Assembly: GCA_951406725.2 (NCBI GenBank)
Contig: OX597826.1
Span: 45,880,001-45,944,000 of the forward strand
Length of the DNA: 64,000 nucleotides
Source: Octopus vulgaris
Taxonomy: Eukaryota
Direction: 5' to 3'
The number at the start of each line of letters is the position of its first letter. Position 1 is the stretch's first letter. The notes under the pieces were generated by a model. That model was not told the origin of the DNA and made no database searches. It was given only the letters and a program-made list of their open reading frames with translations. Made by a program: the position numbers and the translations under genes. Positions 52,080-64,000 of the stretch are shown piece by piece.

Positions 52080-52802
52080 ATTTAACTAAAACGTCAATGG
52101 CTAGCACCCAATGTAAAAGAATAATCCATCACCAAATCAGGATTAGACCTGAAAAACGTTATGCTCTGTGTTTTGTGAGATATGAAGGGTATCATCTATC
52201 ATGCAATGTTGAACCAAAACGAAACAGTTGATGTGGATAAGTATTGTAATCAGCTATAGAAAAAAGCGCTCGCCATTAGCTAATCATAAAGGGATGCTGC
52301 TCTTACACACACTTATATATTGCAAGCGGAGAGAGAACCCCCTATTATTCTAGCTCAAAGACGACCAGCTCACGTAATTTCGACCTCATTTTCGTCATCC
52401 TCAGTAATGGATACTAGTCTGCCAGACATAGCGGTAGTTCACCCCAGCTTGCAGTATTTTAAAAATCATTCAAGAAAATTCTATGGCACGAAATATGAAC
52501 GTTTTACCTCATCCTCCTTACCTTGCTTCATCTGGCAATCAAGTTCCCAGGCTATTACAATATTATTTAGACAGAAACCAATTTATTAGTTGTAAAGAGT
52601 TTAAAATGATTGTGAGTGTTTCTTTACTTCAAAACCTGAAGACTTGTACGCACGTGCAATCAACAATTTGTCAAATAGATGGAATTGTGTTCTCAATAAT
52701 GAGAAGATATATTATCTTGGTTAATTATATCAATTAAAACCAAAGAAGCACTTGCTTCTTTTCCATCTCGAAATGCGGCAAGATTTTCTTTCCAATCTAA
52801 TC
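52080..52802 (+). mobile_element. Decayed mariner 3' half with right TIR
   Basis: KNVMLCVL*DMKGIIYHAMLNQNETVDVDKYCNQL and NVLPHPPY, ending ttttctttccaatctaat. Confidence 0.8.
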
Positions 52803-52999
52803 TTTTTCCCTCTCTCTCCCTCCCCTCTCTCTCCCCTCACTCTTTCCATAAATCTGTGTGTGTTTGTGTGTATACACGCATACCAGCAATTAATATATAT
52901 AGCTGTAGAAATGAGTTATGACGTCATTGGTAACAAGCTGTATCGGCCTTCGCCTTTAACTTGGATAACATCAGTGGCGTGGATAAAGTCAGTGGTTTG

Positions 53000-53620
53000 A
53001 TAACATCGTCTTGGCTTAACAGCCCTCATCGTTTGTTTTTACTGTGTTATTCTCTTTGTTCTGTCTTTTGCTGTTTTTATTTTGATTGTTTTTACCGTCT
53101 TGTTTTGTTCTTACTGTCCTGTTCTTGTTACTACTTTTACCCTTCCGCAAAAAATCCCAAATTTTATTTAATTTGCTTTGCGGGAAGGATTGCTTCAACG
53201 AAGTCGCATCTTGTCCTTACATTCGAAAACACGGAGTAGACGAAACAGAGACAACTGAAGAAGGGGAATATTCCTTGTGCTGTATGTCTTATGCTCTGTT
53301 TCTTCGTTGTTTGAAAAATAGTTCGTTCCCATGTTTTTGTTTTTATGTTTTCGTTTCTCATTGTGTTCTACGTTTTTTTTTTTGATGTCCACAATCAGCC
53401 GAAATTGTGAAGATGATCCGGTTCTTGACTGAAGATTGAAGGCTTCGAATGTCTCGTCCGTGTTTTTTGTATCGTCTTCTAAATGTTTCACGTTCTTGTC
53501 CCAGTTTGTATTTGTTTACATTTACATATGTATATATACATATAGATGTAGGTATGTACATATATGTATGCATATATGCATATATCTATATATTATTTGT
53601 ATTATTATATGATCGAACGC
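53000..53620 (+). mobile_element. Chimeric element: permuted-HHR family 1 (motif 53205-53266) joined to family 2 (from 53392)
   Basis: cgca-TC-ttgtc-cttacattc-GAAA-acacg...gacaa-CTGAAGA-agggg, then aatcagccGAAA...tcttgaCTGAAGA. Confidence 0.75.
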
Positions 53621-53640
53621 CACACATCCTTTTCCAAGTA

Positions 53641-53717
<77 letters not shown>

Positions 53718-53760
53718 CAAACAAGAAAAATAGAACTCAAAATATGAGTATATGTATATT

Positions 53761-54266
53761 TTTATGTACATTATTTACAATTGACGGATACTTGTCCTCA
53801 TCTTGTTTGCTGTTAACACAACTTTTCGGTTGATATACCCTCCAGCCTTCATCAGGTGTCTTGGGGAAACTTTCGGTTCTCTTTCCTGGGTTCTCTTTCC
53901 TAAGGTATTTTTCGGTGTTGTTGTTGTTATCATTATTATTATTATTATTATTATTATGATGATTCAGGTCACTGCTTGGAATCGAACTCGGAATTTTGAG
54001 GTTAGTAGCCCGCACTCTTAACCACTACGCCATATGCCGTGGGTATGATAACAACAACAACAACAACAACAACAGCAACAACAACAACAACAACAACAAC
54101 ATTGAAAAATAGCTTAGAAATGAGAACCCAGGTTCGAAATTTCCCCTAGACACCTGATGAAGGCTGGAGGGTATATCAGCCGAAACAACAAAAAAGGATG
54201 AGGACAAATATCCTTCAATATTGTAAATAATGTACATAATTACTCATCTCTTAAATATAGAACTGT
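53761..54266. mobile_element. Fold-back element with a central tRNA-like head (53967-54038, -) and an HHR motif in each arm (53815-53860 -, 54149-54186 +)
   Basis: Inverted arms; gacac-CTGATGA-a-ggctg...ca(a/g)cc-GAAA..TT-gtgtt; A box TGGCGTAGTGG and B box GAGTTCGATTCC. Confidence 0.82.
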
Positions 54267-55064
54267 ATGTATATTTTTATTGATGTTTAACAGAAGTAAC
54301 AGAGTAATTCAAGGTCCCAAGAGTTTTGCATGTTAGCAGAAGTGTGCGTGCGTGCGCGTGTGTGTGTATAGATGTATGTAAGAACGTATATATGTGCTTA
54401 TGTCTATAAGTATGCATACATGAATGCTCTTGTATATATCTATGTATTTGTGTAGCCGTTGGCATTTAGTAATGATTCGTTGTAGTGTAGGCGTTGTATA
54501 CATCTGAGTTCCATGTATATATTTACAACAGCAGACATCAGTGAATTGCAGTACGCACAAGGAAGGCTATGGTATTTAGCTGGCGTGTTACAATTGATGG
54601 GGGTGTGTAAAAGGAAATGTTAAAATAATCTTACTTCATAGATTTACGTTACCGTTAATAATCTGTTTAGATATGAATGTCGATGATGTGACGGCTGACT
54701 ACAATGGTGGAAAATTTGAATAGTAAGAGGATTGAGGTTCCTGGAAATAATTTCGTTCTGATGTAAGACCGATGCTATTCGAAAAGCTTGGCACTCCGCG
54801 TAAAGTTCACTTTAGTAAATCATCAGAAACGGTTCTATCATTACCTATTAAATTAAATTCAAAGACATCTAACACTCATTTATGTCTGAACAGAGACGAA
54901 CCTTATGAACATACACTCGCACACAAATGCATACAAATACACAATCATATATATGTATGATTATATACCGATGTACGCACACATACACGCACACGCACAC
55001 ATATATATCAATTTATATATATATACATATATATATATATATGTATGTATATATATATATGTAC

Positions 55065-55099
<35 letters not shown>

Positions 55100-55112
55100 T
55101 ATATGTATATAT

Positions 55113-55550
55113 TATCAATAATCATAAAGGGTAAAATTAATTAATCAATTTATAATTAATAATCTTACCAAGTAGTTTTGGTATGTTAAAAGAACCATTA
55201 TCGGTAAACTTATACAAAAATTTTATAATTATAAACATAATTATAATTAGGGTTTAGCAAAATATCTTGATTACTAGTGCTCCCAAATTTATAATTGAAA
55301 TACTATACTGATGATGGAAATAAGATATGGTTAATTTTACATATCTTTAATCCTGAAACGCGTATATAGTTAATCAAAGCCGGGTGGATTCGGTATTTTT
55401 TCTTTTTGTCTGTGTGAGTTGAGAGTATTGCTATCTGGGAGATATCTTATGGTAGTAGAATAGTATTTAACTGCTACTTCTAAATTTCGGTATGTAGTGA
55501 AGCAATTTTGCTAAACCCTAATCATAATTATGTTTATAATTATAAAATTT
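55113..55550. mobile_element. Inverted-repeat element in (AT)n, homologous to 2205-2966
   Basis: Inverted repeats at 55218-55263 / 55505-55550; the left tail matches the reverse complement of 2915-2966. Confidence 0.82.
55302..55370 (+). ncRNA. Type I hammerhead ribozyme motif with canonical core
   Basis: actata-CTGATGA-t-gga..aagatatg/catatctt..tcc-t-GAAA-CGCG-TA-tatagt; predicted cleavage after 55364. Confidence 0.82.
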
Positions 55551-56282
55551 ATACATATATATATATATATATATTGTTGGCTTCATAAAATTTGTGAAGT
55601 TACTTTTTGGAATGGTGGATCTCGAAGCAGAGCAGCTATGAATAATAACGTTTAAATACTGTAAAAATACTGAATAAATTTGAAGGATGTCTGCGGGCAG
55701 CCAAAGGAGGCCTTTAACCCATTATTTACCTAATTCCTCACCGTATTTATCACAACCTTTTATTCCTTGACTGCTTTTAGCAGCGGCCACTCTGTCGCAG
55801 GCATTCGAACCTGGATTAATGTTTGTGGATTCCTCTTGCCCGGTGATCTTGAGGGTTTTGCAAAAGATCCCTCCTAACTAAAACAGGAAAAGAAAAAACT
55901 ACTTATGACTGCACCCCCCACCCCCACCCCCACTATTTTAAGTGGTTATTGTGGAAGGAAGATCGAGCCACACAGCTGAGAGTTATTTTACATTTAATGC
56001 AAATTGTTTATATTTTAGCGGGGTGGGGGTTGGGGGAGAAAATGGCAAGTGTGATTCCATGTCATTCCTAAGAGTACTTGGCAGTATGAGTTTCAACGAG
56101 GGATTGAAATCTGTCCGTTAATTTAGCTGACAAGAAATTTAGTTCATTCTTACACAACAACAAATGTCACTTAATAACTGCGTTGAAATAAACAACCAAA
56201 GCACAGCAGTTGCAGCAAATGATGTAATGTATACGACGAAAGACTGGTATATTTGTTTATTTTATTGTTGTTGTTGCTGTTG

Positions 56283-56353
<71 letters not shown>

Positions 56354-56739
56354 TGTTTTAAAACATTGCTAAACATGAAATATGTTTCTCGTTTCTTGAT
56401 ATGATACTGAAAAACGAGAACCGAAATTGTATTAGCAGTTAGAAATTGTCCTAATTCTAACGATTAGAAGTTGAAGTAGAACATCTCCTATAAAAAAAAT
56501 TTAAATTTTAAAAAAACAACAACAAAAATAACAAAAAACAAAAAAAAAGAAGAAAAAAGCTATAAGACTCCTTTTTAGCAACGAGATAACTTGTGGGTTT
56601 TCATTGCCTCTCGGTACAATTTAAAGTTTTGAGACTTGATCAAATGTTCTATATCACGTGTTGCTTTCGCTACAGTCAGAACTCATTTCAGAGTGAACAG
56701 ATAAAACTGTTATTGCTGTTGTTTAACCACAGGCCCTGA

Positions 56740-56882
56740 TGTGTAGCAGAGTGCACCGCCTGAGGTAGACTTGCGTTTTCCACTCCCCACCCATAGGTTT
56801 ATACAGCAGGCCTAAGACTCAATAAAAACGTCGCCTGGGACGGGCCATCTCTATCGCCCCTACATAGCAACGCTACTACACA
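56740..56882 (+). mobile_element. Possible short solo LTR
   Basis: TGTGTAG...CTACACA inverted termini, internal AATAAA, GC-richer; no TSD. Confidence 0.4.
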
Positions 56883-57248
56883 GGTTAAGCCTGACTGAGC
56901 AAATTTATGATTAAAAGCGTTCCAGCCATATCTAAAACTTCATTGTCTTGAAGACGTAGGGTGTAATTAGGTTTTATTTCTAGCAAGTCGAGCAACTCCA
57001 TAGAACTTCCCTCGTTGGTTCATAATTGCCTAATGCTGACCTGACATTAAGATTATTTATGATGATAACCGCCGTATAACAAAAAGTAGGACGGCTTAAC
57101 AAAACCGTTCGAATTGTAATGAAATCCATTTTAATTATTTAAATCTGCTCAGAACCATGGAAACAACAAATTCACAACTGTTTCACAACTTGCTATTCTT
57201 TCTTTACAAGTTTCTTACTTTGCCCTTAAAAATCGTAGCTTTTGTGTA

Positions 57249-57597
57249 GGCGCAGGAGTGGCTGTGTGGTAAGTAGCTTGCTTACCAGCCACATGGTTCC
57301 GGGTTCAGTCCCACTGCGTGGCATCTTGGGCAAGTGTCTTCTGCTATAGTGAAAGAAGCCTGTCGTATATATGTATATATATATATATATATGTATGTAT
57401 GTGTGTGTGTGTTTGTGTGTCTGTGTTTGTCCCCCTAGCATTGCTTGACAACAGATGCTCAAAAGAGACTGATAGAATAAGTACTGGGCTTACAAACAAT
57501 AAGACCCGGGGTCGAGTTGCTCGACTAAAGGCGGTGCTCCAGCATGGCCGCAGTCAAATGACTGAAACAAGTAAAAGAGTAAAGAGAGTAAGAGTAA
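57249..57597 (+). mobile_element. SINE S1 with internal deletions
   Basis: Matches the S1 head and tail. Confidence 0.88.
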
Positions 57598-57788
57598 GCC
57601 AGATGTTTTTGAAAAGCGGATAATATTAAGATTAGGGCTATCGAGCAAGATTCAAATTTCCCTTTGCGGTAATCCAGCATGCTATTTCTGGTTCCCTTTT
57701 ATGCTAAGTTTACATCGCTATGTTCAAATAGCTTACATTGCTATTTTCTATTCCATGTTAAAGCAATTCAGGCAATCACTGCTAAAAT

Positions 57789-58176
57789 GGAAATGGAAGC
57801 ACTCCGTCGGTTACGACGACGAGGGTTCCGGTTGATCCGATCAACGGAACAGCCTGCTCGTGAAATTAACGTGTAAGTGGCTGAGCACTCCACAGACACG
57901 TGTACCCTTAACGTAGTTCTCGGGGATATTCAGCGTGACACAGAGAGTGACAAGGTTGGCTCTTTGAAATACAGGTACAACAGAAACAGGAAGTAAGAGT
58001 GAGAGAAAGTTGTGGTGAAAGAGTACAGCAGGGATCACCACCATCCCTGCCGGAGCCTCGTGGAGCTTTTAGGTGTTTTCGCTCAATAAACACTCACAAC
58101 GCCCGGTCTGGGAATCGAAACCGCGATCCTACGACCGCGAGTCCGCTGCCCTAACCACTGGGCCATTGCGCCTCCA
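57789..58176 (-). mobile_element. SINE S3 with 11-bp TSD
   Basis: TSD actgctaaaat at 57778-57788 and 58177-58187; near-identical to the 13765 copy. Confidence 0.92.
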
Positions 58177-58420
58177 ACTGCTAAAATATCTGTTAGAGAA
58201 CCCACGACAAAAGACCGGAGTAGCGATCAGCAACTTTTTTTCACAATGGTCCACTTTCGAATTCATATATATGCTCATAGCCTTTATGCATTTTATGTCA
58301 CATATAATCCTAATCTCATTGCAGTCAGAGGAACCAAACATTAAACGAATCATGACTCAAAGCACTATCTAAAATCCTTCAATATTCAATAGTCCGCAAA
58401 TACATTAAATTGCCTAATTA

Positions 58421-58499
<79 letters not shown>

Positions 58500-60559
58500 G
58501 GAGAGGGGGAGAGAGGGAGGGAGAGAGTGAGAGAGAGAGGGAGAGAGTGGGAGAGAGAGAGAGAGAGAGAGGGAGAGAGGAAGGAGAAAATAGATGAGAT
58601 CCAGTGACTCTCAATATAGAAAACACAGTAGCGCTCAAAGGATTTGAACTTATACTCCGAAAATTTTTATCTCTCCACCCTGAAGACAGAAGCCGGATCT
58701 ACCCAATATTTATGTTGCTTCTATTACTGATTACATAATTTTCTGAACTACGTCTGACAACAATACGAGGTAACTCCGAGTCCTCATAAACAGCTGTCGG
58801 ACTTTTAATACCATACCTTTACCCCTCTAATTTTTGGATGTCTTTGTACTCTGTGTAAGTTTGCTCTAGAAATATATAAATATCTATGCATTTATACTTG
58901 AATATTCATCATCTAAATCTTTTCGTTCTTTCTATTTACATGTATACATGTACATATTTTTTGTTTACCTAACTTAAGCGGCTTTATTCGTTTATTTGCA
59001 CCATTATCTAGTCGCCGACCCCCGAACTAGAAAATTGCGAAGATTTTCCATGTAAAATTCTGCTAAAGTTAACTTTACAACAGAACCCTTTAGGATCAAC
59101 TTTGTTATACTTTTGGTGTCATTAAAGTAAGCACCAGTAATACGCTGGGGTCCAGTGATTCAATCTGCCATTATACTTCCCTCTGTCGCATGTCCACTGA
59201 AAGTAAGCCATTCAGTAAAGCAGTGAAATAAGGTTTTGACAGAACAACTTTATACCACAGTTTTTATTTATTTATCTATGTATTTATTTATTTATTTATT
59301 TAATTATTTATTTATTTAAAGTTGCTGTGTCTGGAGGAAGAAGTAGTACACATGGCTTCTGCAGGCATTCCAAGGCAGGTAAGATTGATGCTATTAATGT
59401 GCCATCACCCACAGGTAAAACATGAGCTGAGGAAGATTTTGAAAGAGGAAACACTGGGATATATTCCAGTCAGTCGGCTTACTCTTTTCAGGATGCCTGT
59501 GCATGCAGCAGCAGCAGCAGTAGTTGCAGCAGCAGCAACAGCATCATCAGCAGCAACATCTCAAACGAAGGTTTCAATTGAGTTCTGTAGAGTGTAAATG
59601 ATTGTTGGGGCTGCAATATCTTCTGACTCTGAAGAGAAGGATTAGTCGATAAACTATGGTCGTTGCTATATTAGGGATGAACTTTCGAGGGAGGAATCCG
59701 CGATGATAATAATTGTTCGAATCGAGTCAATTCATTAAAAAATCGATTTACTTGACAGAAACAGAAGGATCATTAATAACCATTCTGCTGGTGATAATTC
59801 CATATTAAGATTTCTAGTGATGAGTTGATATCTTTGGTTGGATAATTCCACTCCAATAAATAATAATTCTTGGTTCGCCAAGAATTGGTAGTGACATCAA
59901 TTAGATACTTTACTGTTCGTAAGGTCCTCGGCTCAAACATCAAAGTTATTCCAGCCATTCTCTTGAAACGTTGAGGTGAAGTTTGCTCCTGAGCATCGAG
60001 TGGGAAATGTTTTTCCAACAATATTCCGGAAATTCTAAACCAGAATTTAATCGGCTGAAGTGATCTATATTTAGATTAGGTGAAATTTTCAAGGCAACTT
60101 GGAGCTTCTGTATATGCAATGGACTTGATAGAAATAGCAACTAAAATCCTCTCAAACCATATTTTATCATTTTATTAATGGAAGGACACTTTAACTAGTG
60201 TAGTCAAAGATGCACTACCTTAAACTAAAGTAGCTGGAACAATTTAGTCATTAGTCTCCTTGATCAGGCTTAACCTGGGGCTAAACAGTACATGCCCGTC
60301 ACTAAGCGATTGCACTGGACGGTACTGCCCCTTGACTTTTCAATGGTGTACCCTCAGGTTTAAAATATACAGTTCTAACAACAGTTTACCCGCAAAAGAA
60401 ATTAGTGCCCACCCAGAATATTCTGAAGCATCCCCCATCTCCGCCAGGCACCAAAGTCTGGTGACTGGTCTGAAGCAGCAACAGCAGCAGCAGCAGCAGC
60501 AATTTAAAGTCATGTCACAAGAGAAGGCTAAAGGAAAAGATAACTGATTTTATGCAAGC

Positions 60560-61435
60560 AATATTGATTCAAACTGAAAGAATGAAAAGCAAAGACAACT
60601 GCGGCAGCATTTGAACTCAGAGCGTAAAGAGCCGGAAGAAATGAATCTTTATAGAAATCATATTCTTTTCTACATTAGGTACAAGGCCCGAAATTTTCAG
60701 GGAGGGGCCAGTCGATTAGATCAACTCCAGTACGCAACTGGTACATAATTTATTGACCCCCCGAAAGGATGAAAGGCACAGTGAAAGTCAACCTCGGCGG
60801 AATTTGAACTCAGAACGTAGCGGCAGAGGAAATACCTATTTCTTTACTACCCACAAAGGGCTAAACACAGAGAGGACAAACAAGGACAGACAGACGGATT
60901 AAGTCGATTACATCGACCTCTGTGCGTAACTGGTACTTAATTTATCGACCCCGAAAGGATGAAAGGCAAAGTCGACCTCGGCGGAATTTGAACTCAGAAC
61001 GTAACGGCAGACGAAATACGGCTACGGATTTCGCCCGGCGTGATAACGTTTCTGCCAGCTCACCGCCGTCTTTATAGAAACCATATTAACGAAGACAAAT
61101 TTATGTTTCTTAACAATCCTTAAACCTTAAAACCTGACATTTTAGATGGGGCGCACTAATCGATTACATCGACTCAGCGAATACTTATTTTATCGACCAC
61201 GAAAGAATCAAAGACAACCTCGGTGAAATTTGAACTCAAAACGTAAAGATAGACGAAATGGTTTAATCCTTCTTACAATAGGCACAAGGCCTGGAATTTT
61301 GGACGAGGCAGGCTAATCGATTACATCGATCTTAGTGCTTAGCTGCTACTTATTTTACCAAGCGTGAAAGGATGGAAGGCAAAATCGACCTCAGTGGCAT
61401 TTGAACATGGAACGTAGGGAACCGGAAGATATAGC
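60560..61435 (-). mobile_element. Cluster of about five S2 SINE cores
   Basis: Repeated aaggatgaaaggcaaagtcgacctcggcggaatttgaactcagaac. Confidence 0.85.
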
Positions 61436-62047
61436 GTTTTATAGGAGTCATATTAATGAAGACAAATTTATGTCTCTTAATAATGAATCTATGTGAAATT
61501 TAGTCCAACTTGTGTAGTAACTCCATTAACAAGCCAACCACATATTGCACATAAATCACAGCTAAACGCCTACTTAATGAGCAAAAATACCCAACTCCGA
61601 ATAGTGAATTCTCTCTCCATATCTGTCCGTCTGTCTCTCCCTCTTTATCTCTCTCTCTCTCTCCTTCTCTTTATCCCTTTCTCTCTCTCTCTTTCTTACC
61701 CTCTCACACTCTCTTCCTCTCTCTCCCATCTTTTCCTTATCTATCGTAGTATCTTTGCCAGAATCATATTACTATAATCTAAATAGATTGTCAGCATTGA
61801 CTTTCATAAACAACGTATTCTCATACCAATATTTATTCTTCCTTTTCCTTTTTTTTTAATATATATTTATTACCTCATTAGCATATCTCATATTACACAG
61901 CTACTAGTGAAACGATTTATTCTCTAAGGAATATATATTCCAGTTGTGCAATACAAATTTTGACAGAATTTCACATCACGTATCTACAAAATAATACTCT
62001 GCGCATGATCTAAAATATCATATTTGCATCATAAAGACTGGAAAACA

Positions 62048-62245
62048 GTGAGTTGGCAGAATCGTTACTACGCTGGCATTTCATCCGGTTCTTTATACTC
62101 TGAGTTCAAATGCCGCCGAGGTCTACTTTGCCTTTCATTCTTTTGTGGGTCGATAAGATAAGTACCAATTGAGCACTGGGGTCGATTCAATCAACTAACT
62201 CTCTCCTTCAAAATTTCAGGCTTTGTGTCTATAATAGAAAGAATT
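62048..62245 (+). mobile_element. SINE S2
   Basis: S2 core. Confidence 0.8.
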
Positions 62246-62431
62246 ATTATAAAGAATGTGTAAGTGATACAAAGATGCCGGATCAAAATGCCTTGATGAG
62301 TATAATTATATCCGGAGGATTTTTATCTAACCTGGTAGTCTAATTGTGCAAATCAGTCAATACTATTGAGTGTGTTTTAGGTAAAGCTACGGTTTTAATT
62401 AAGTCTATCCGGAGTTGGCTCTCTTCAGTAT

Positions 62432-62474
62432 TTCCCATTGATAACAGCTAAAGAGCTAGAAACGCGTTTGGAAA
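62432..62474 (+). ncRNA. Degenerate minimal hammerhead motif
   Basis: ttccca-TTGATAA-c-agct(aaag)agct-a-GAAA-CGCG-TT-tggaaa; two core substitutions, so probably inactive. Confidence 0.5.
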
Positions 62475-62655
62475 CCCGACAAGGGAAGCACTGGACATGT
62501 AGTGTTATTACACCTTTTTACCATAAGAGAGAGTTTTTTTCTTCACTGTAATTGTAGTGAATTTATCTTTAGAAGTTAAAACATGTCACAAATATTTTAA
62601 CTAACCTAAAATTCACTTATACCTAAACACTGCTTGGTGCTGATACTGATGTAGT

Positions 62656-62704
<49 letters not shown>

Positions 62705-62826
62705 CATGAATACGTATATACATATATATATACATACATATATACATATACATATATACACATACATATATATACATATATACACATACATATATATACA
62801 CATATATACATATACATATATAATGT

Positions 62827-62861
<35 letters not shown>

Positions 62862-62917
62862 CATATGTATAAATATATATATACATACATATATATATAT
62901 ACATATGTATAAATATG

Positions 62918-63216
62918 TGACCGTGACCGACCAGGCTATCAGATGTTGTTACACATCGCTGGTCACAATGTGCTTCGCATTGTTTTAGCCTTCAAATGAC
63001 GCCACCCCGCTGGCTAAGCGAGCAGGCCAACAGAAGAAAGAGTGAGAGAAAGTTGTGAAAGAGTACAGCAGTGATCGCCACCACCCCCTGCCGGAGCCTC
63101 GTGGAGCTTTAGGTGTTTTCGCCCAATAAACACCCACAACGCCCGGTCTGGGAATCGAAACCGCGATCCTACAACCGCGAGTCCGCTGCCCTAACCACTG
63201 GGCCATTGTGCCTCCA
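62918..63216 (-). mobile_element. SINE S3 variant (alternative 3' half)
   Basis: S3 head with the 3' half shared with 16775-16990. Confidence 0.88.
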
Positions 63217-63241
63217 CATGTATAATTATACGTATATGCAT

Positions 63242-63272
<31 letters not shown>

Positions 63273-63403
63273 CACACATATATATATGTCTCGTCTTGTG
63301 TGCGTGTTCATGTGGCTGAGTCGGTTCTGTGAGTTTCTGTGTGTGTGAAACAGCACCCTTTAGAATTTATCTGTTTTGTACCACATGTTTATTGTTTACT
63401 TTA

Positions 63404-63721
63404 TCACAAATTTTCTGCAGTCTCTGTATCTAGACCAGGTTTGTCTCGGCATCTAGAGCAAGTTTCATTGGCGTCCTTACTTATGATATCATTTAACTTC
63501 TTGTCCTCCTTGTACACCTTGACCCTATCTCTCTGATTGTAGTCAGAGACCTGCATGCGGTGCATAACGTTCTGTGTGTCTCTCTTTGCTTCACAGGGCT
63601 CGCGCAAGGAGGATATGTCGTTCATTAACCCAACTAAATCCGCTATAAGTACGTTTATCGATACATTGTGTGATATAGACGAGTTCTTATGAATGACATA
63701 TTTGGAAGATATGGGTTTCAT
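63404..63721 (-). other. 105-aa non-repetitive ORF of unknown identity
   Basis: Longest complex-sequence ORF not explained by a recognised repeat; no recognisable motif. Confidence 0.2.
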
Positions 63722-64000
63722 GTAATTTGTGTAGAGGAGTTAAACCCTGTTGTTTGTAGTCTGTAACCAAAGTTCAGTATCGAGGACACTGAGTATATTG
63801 TTAGCGGGGCCGGATTTAAGCTAATTCGACAGATTTGTTCAAATTGGGTCCTGAGCCAAGAGAGGGCGCCACCCACACGCTCAAGTGGAGGATGCTATGA
63901 TTAATTTATAGTATATCATTGTGGATTTTTGGCTAGGATTGGCGTACAACACGAAGTATAAAGCATCAATCTTCAGCTTTTGTAGAGTAAAGTGTCCCAT

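Noticed and set aside
60127-60145. Resemblance of the TAGAAATAGCA motif to the Cas9 sgRNA scaffold
   Set aside because: The short match is to an engineered tetraloop, the flanks do not match, and there is no CRISPR array or cas gene. Coincidental.
63725-63760. GLTPLH ankyrin-like motif on the minus strand
   Set aside because: The frame stops a dozen codons later and lacks the rest of the ankyrin consensus.

Overview
AT-rich, microsatellite-dense eukaryotic non-coding DNA. The repeat content (three tRNA-derived SINE families, (AT)n/(TACA)n/(CA)n tracts) looks like an octopus/cephalopod intron or intergenic region; this is an inference from repeat recognition only. No confident host exon was found, and nearly all listed ORFs are microsatellite or repeat artefacts. 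The ordinary content is SINEs, decayed mariner and rosa/DD41D-like transposons, hAT MITEs, two non-autonomous Helitrons, and Dong/R4, Tx1 and RTE LINE remnants. The unusual content is about 14 fold-back (inverted-repeat) elements, most of them embedded in (AT)n tracts, and many carrying hammerhead ribozyme (HHR) motifs that read outward from the hairpin centre. They resemble non-autonomous Penelope-like elements or retrozymes. The strongest signal is in two related repeat families whose HHR has its three core strands in reversed, non-circularly-permuted order (III'-UH-I', then II'-GAAA-III, then I-CUGAnGA-II). Stem I pairs in four sequence variants and stem III in three, with compensatory changes (37.6 kb, 38.4 kb, 42.8/43.4 kb; the 53.2 kb copy keeps stem I only). 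Also present are a tRNA-promoter-headed HHR element (53.8-54.3 kb) and a 496-bp tandem-plus-inverted retrozyme-like unit (49.3-50.4 kb). All structures were paired by eye; no ribozyme activity is demonstrated.
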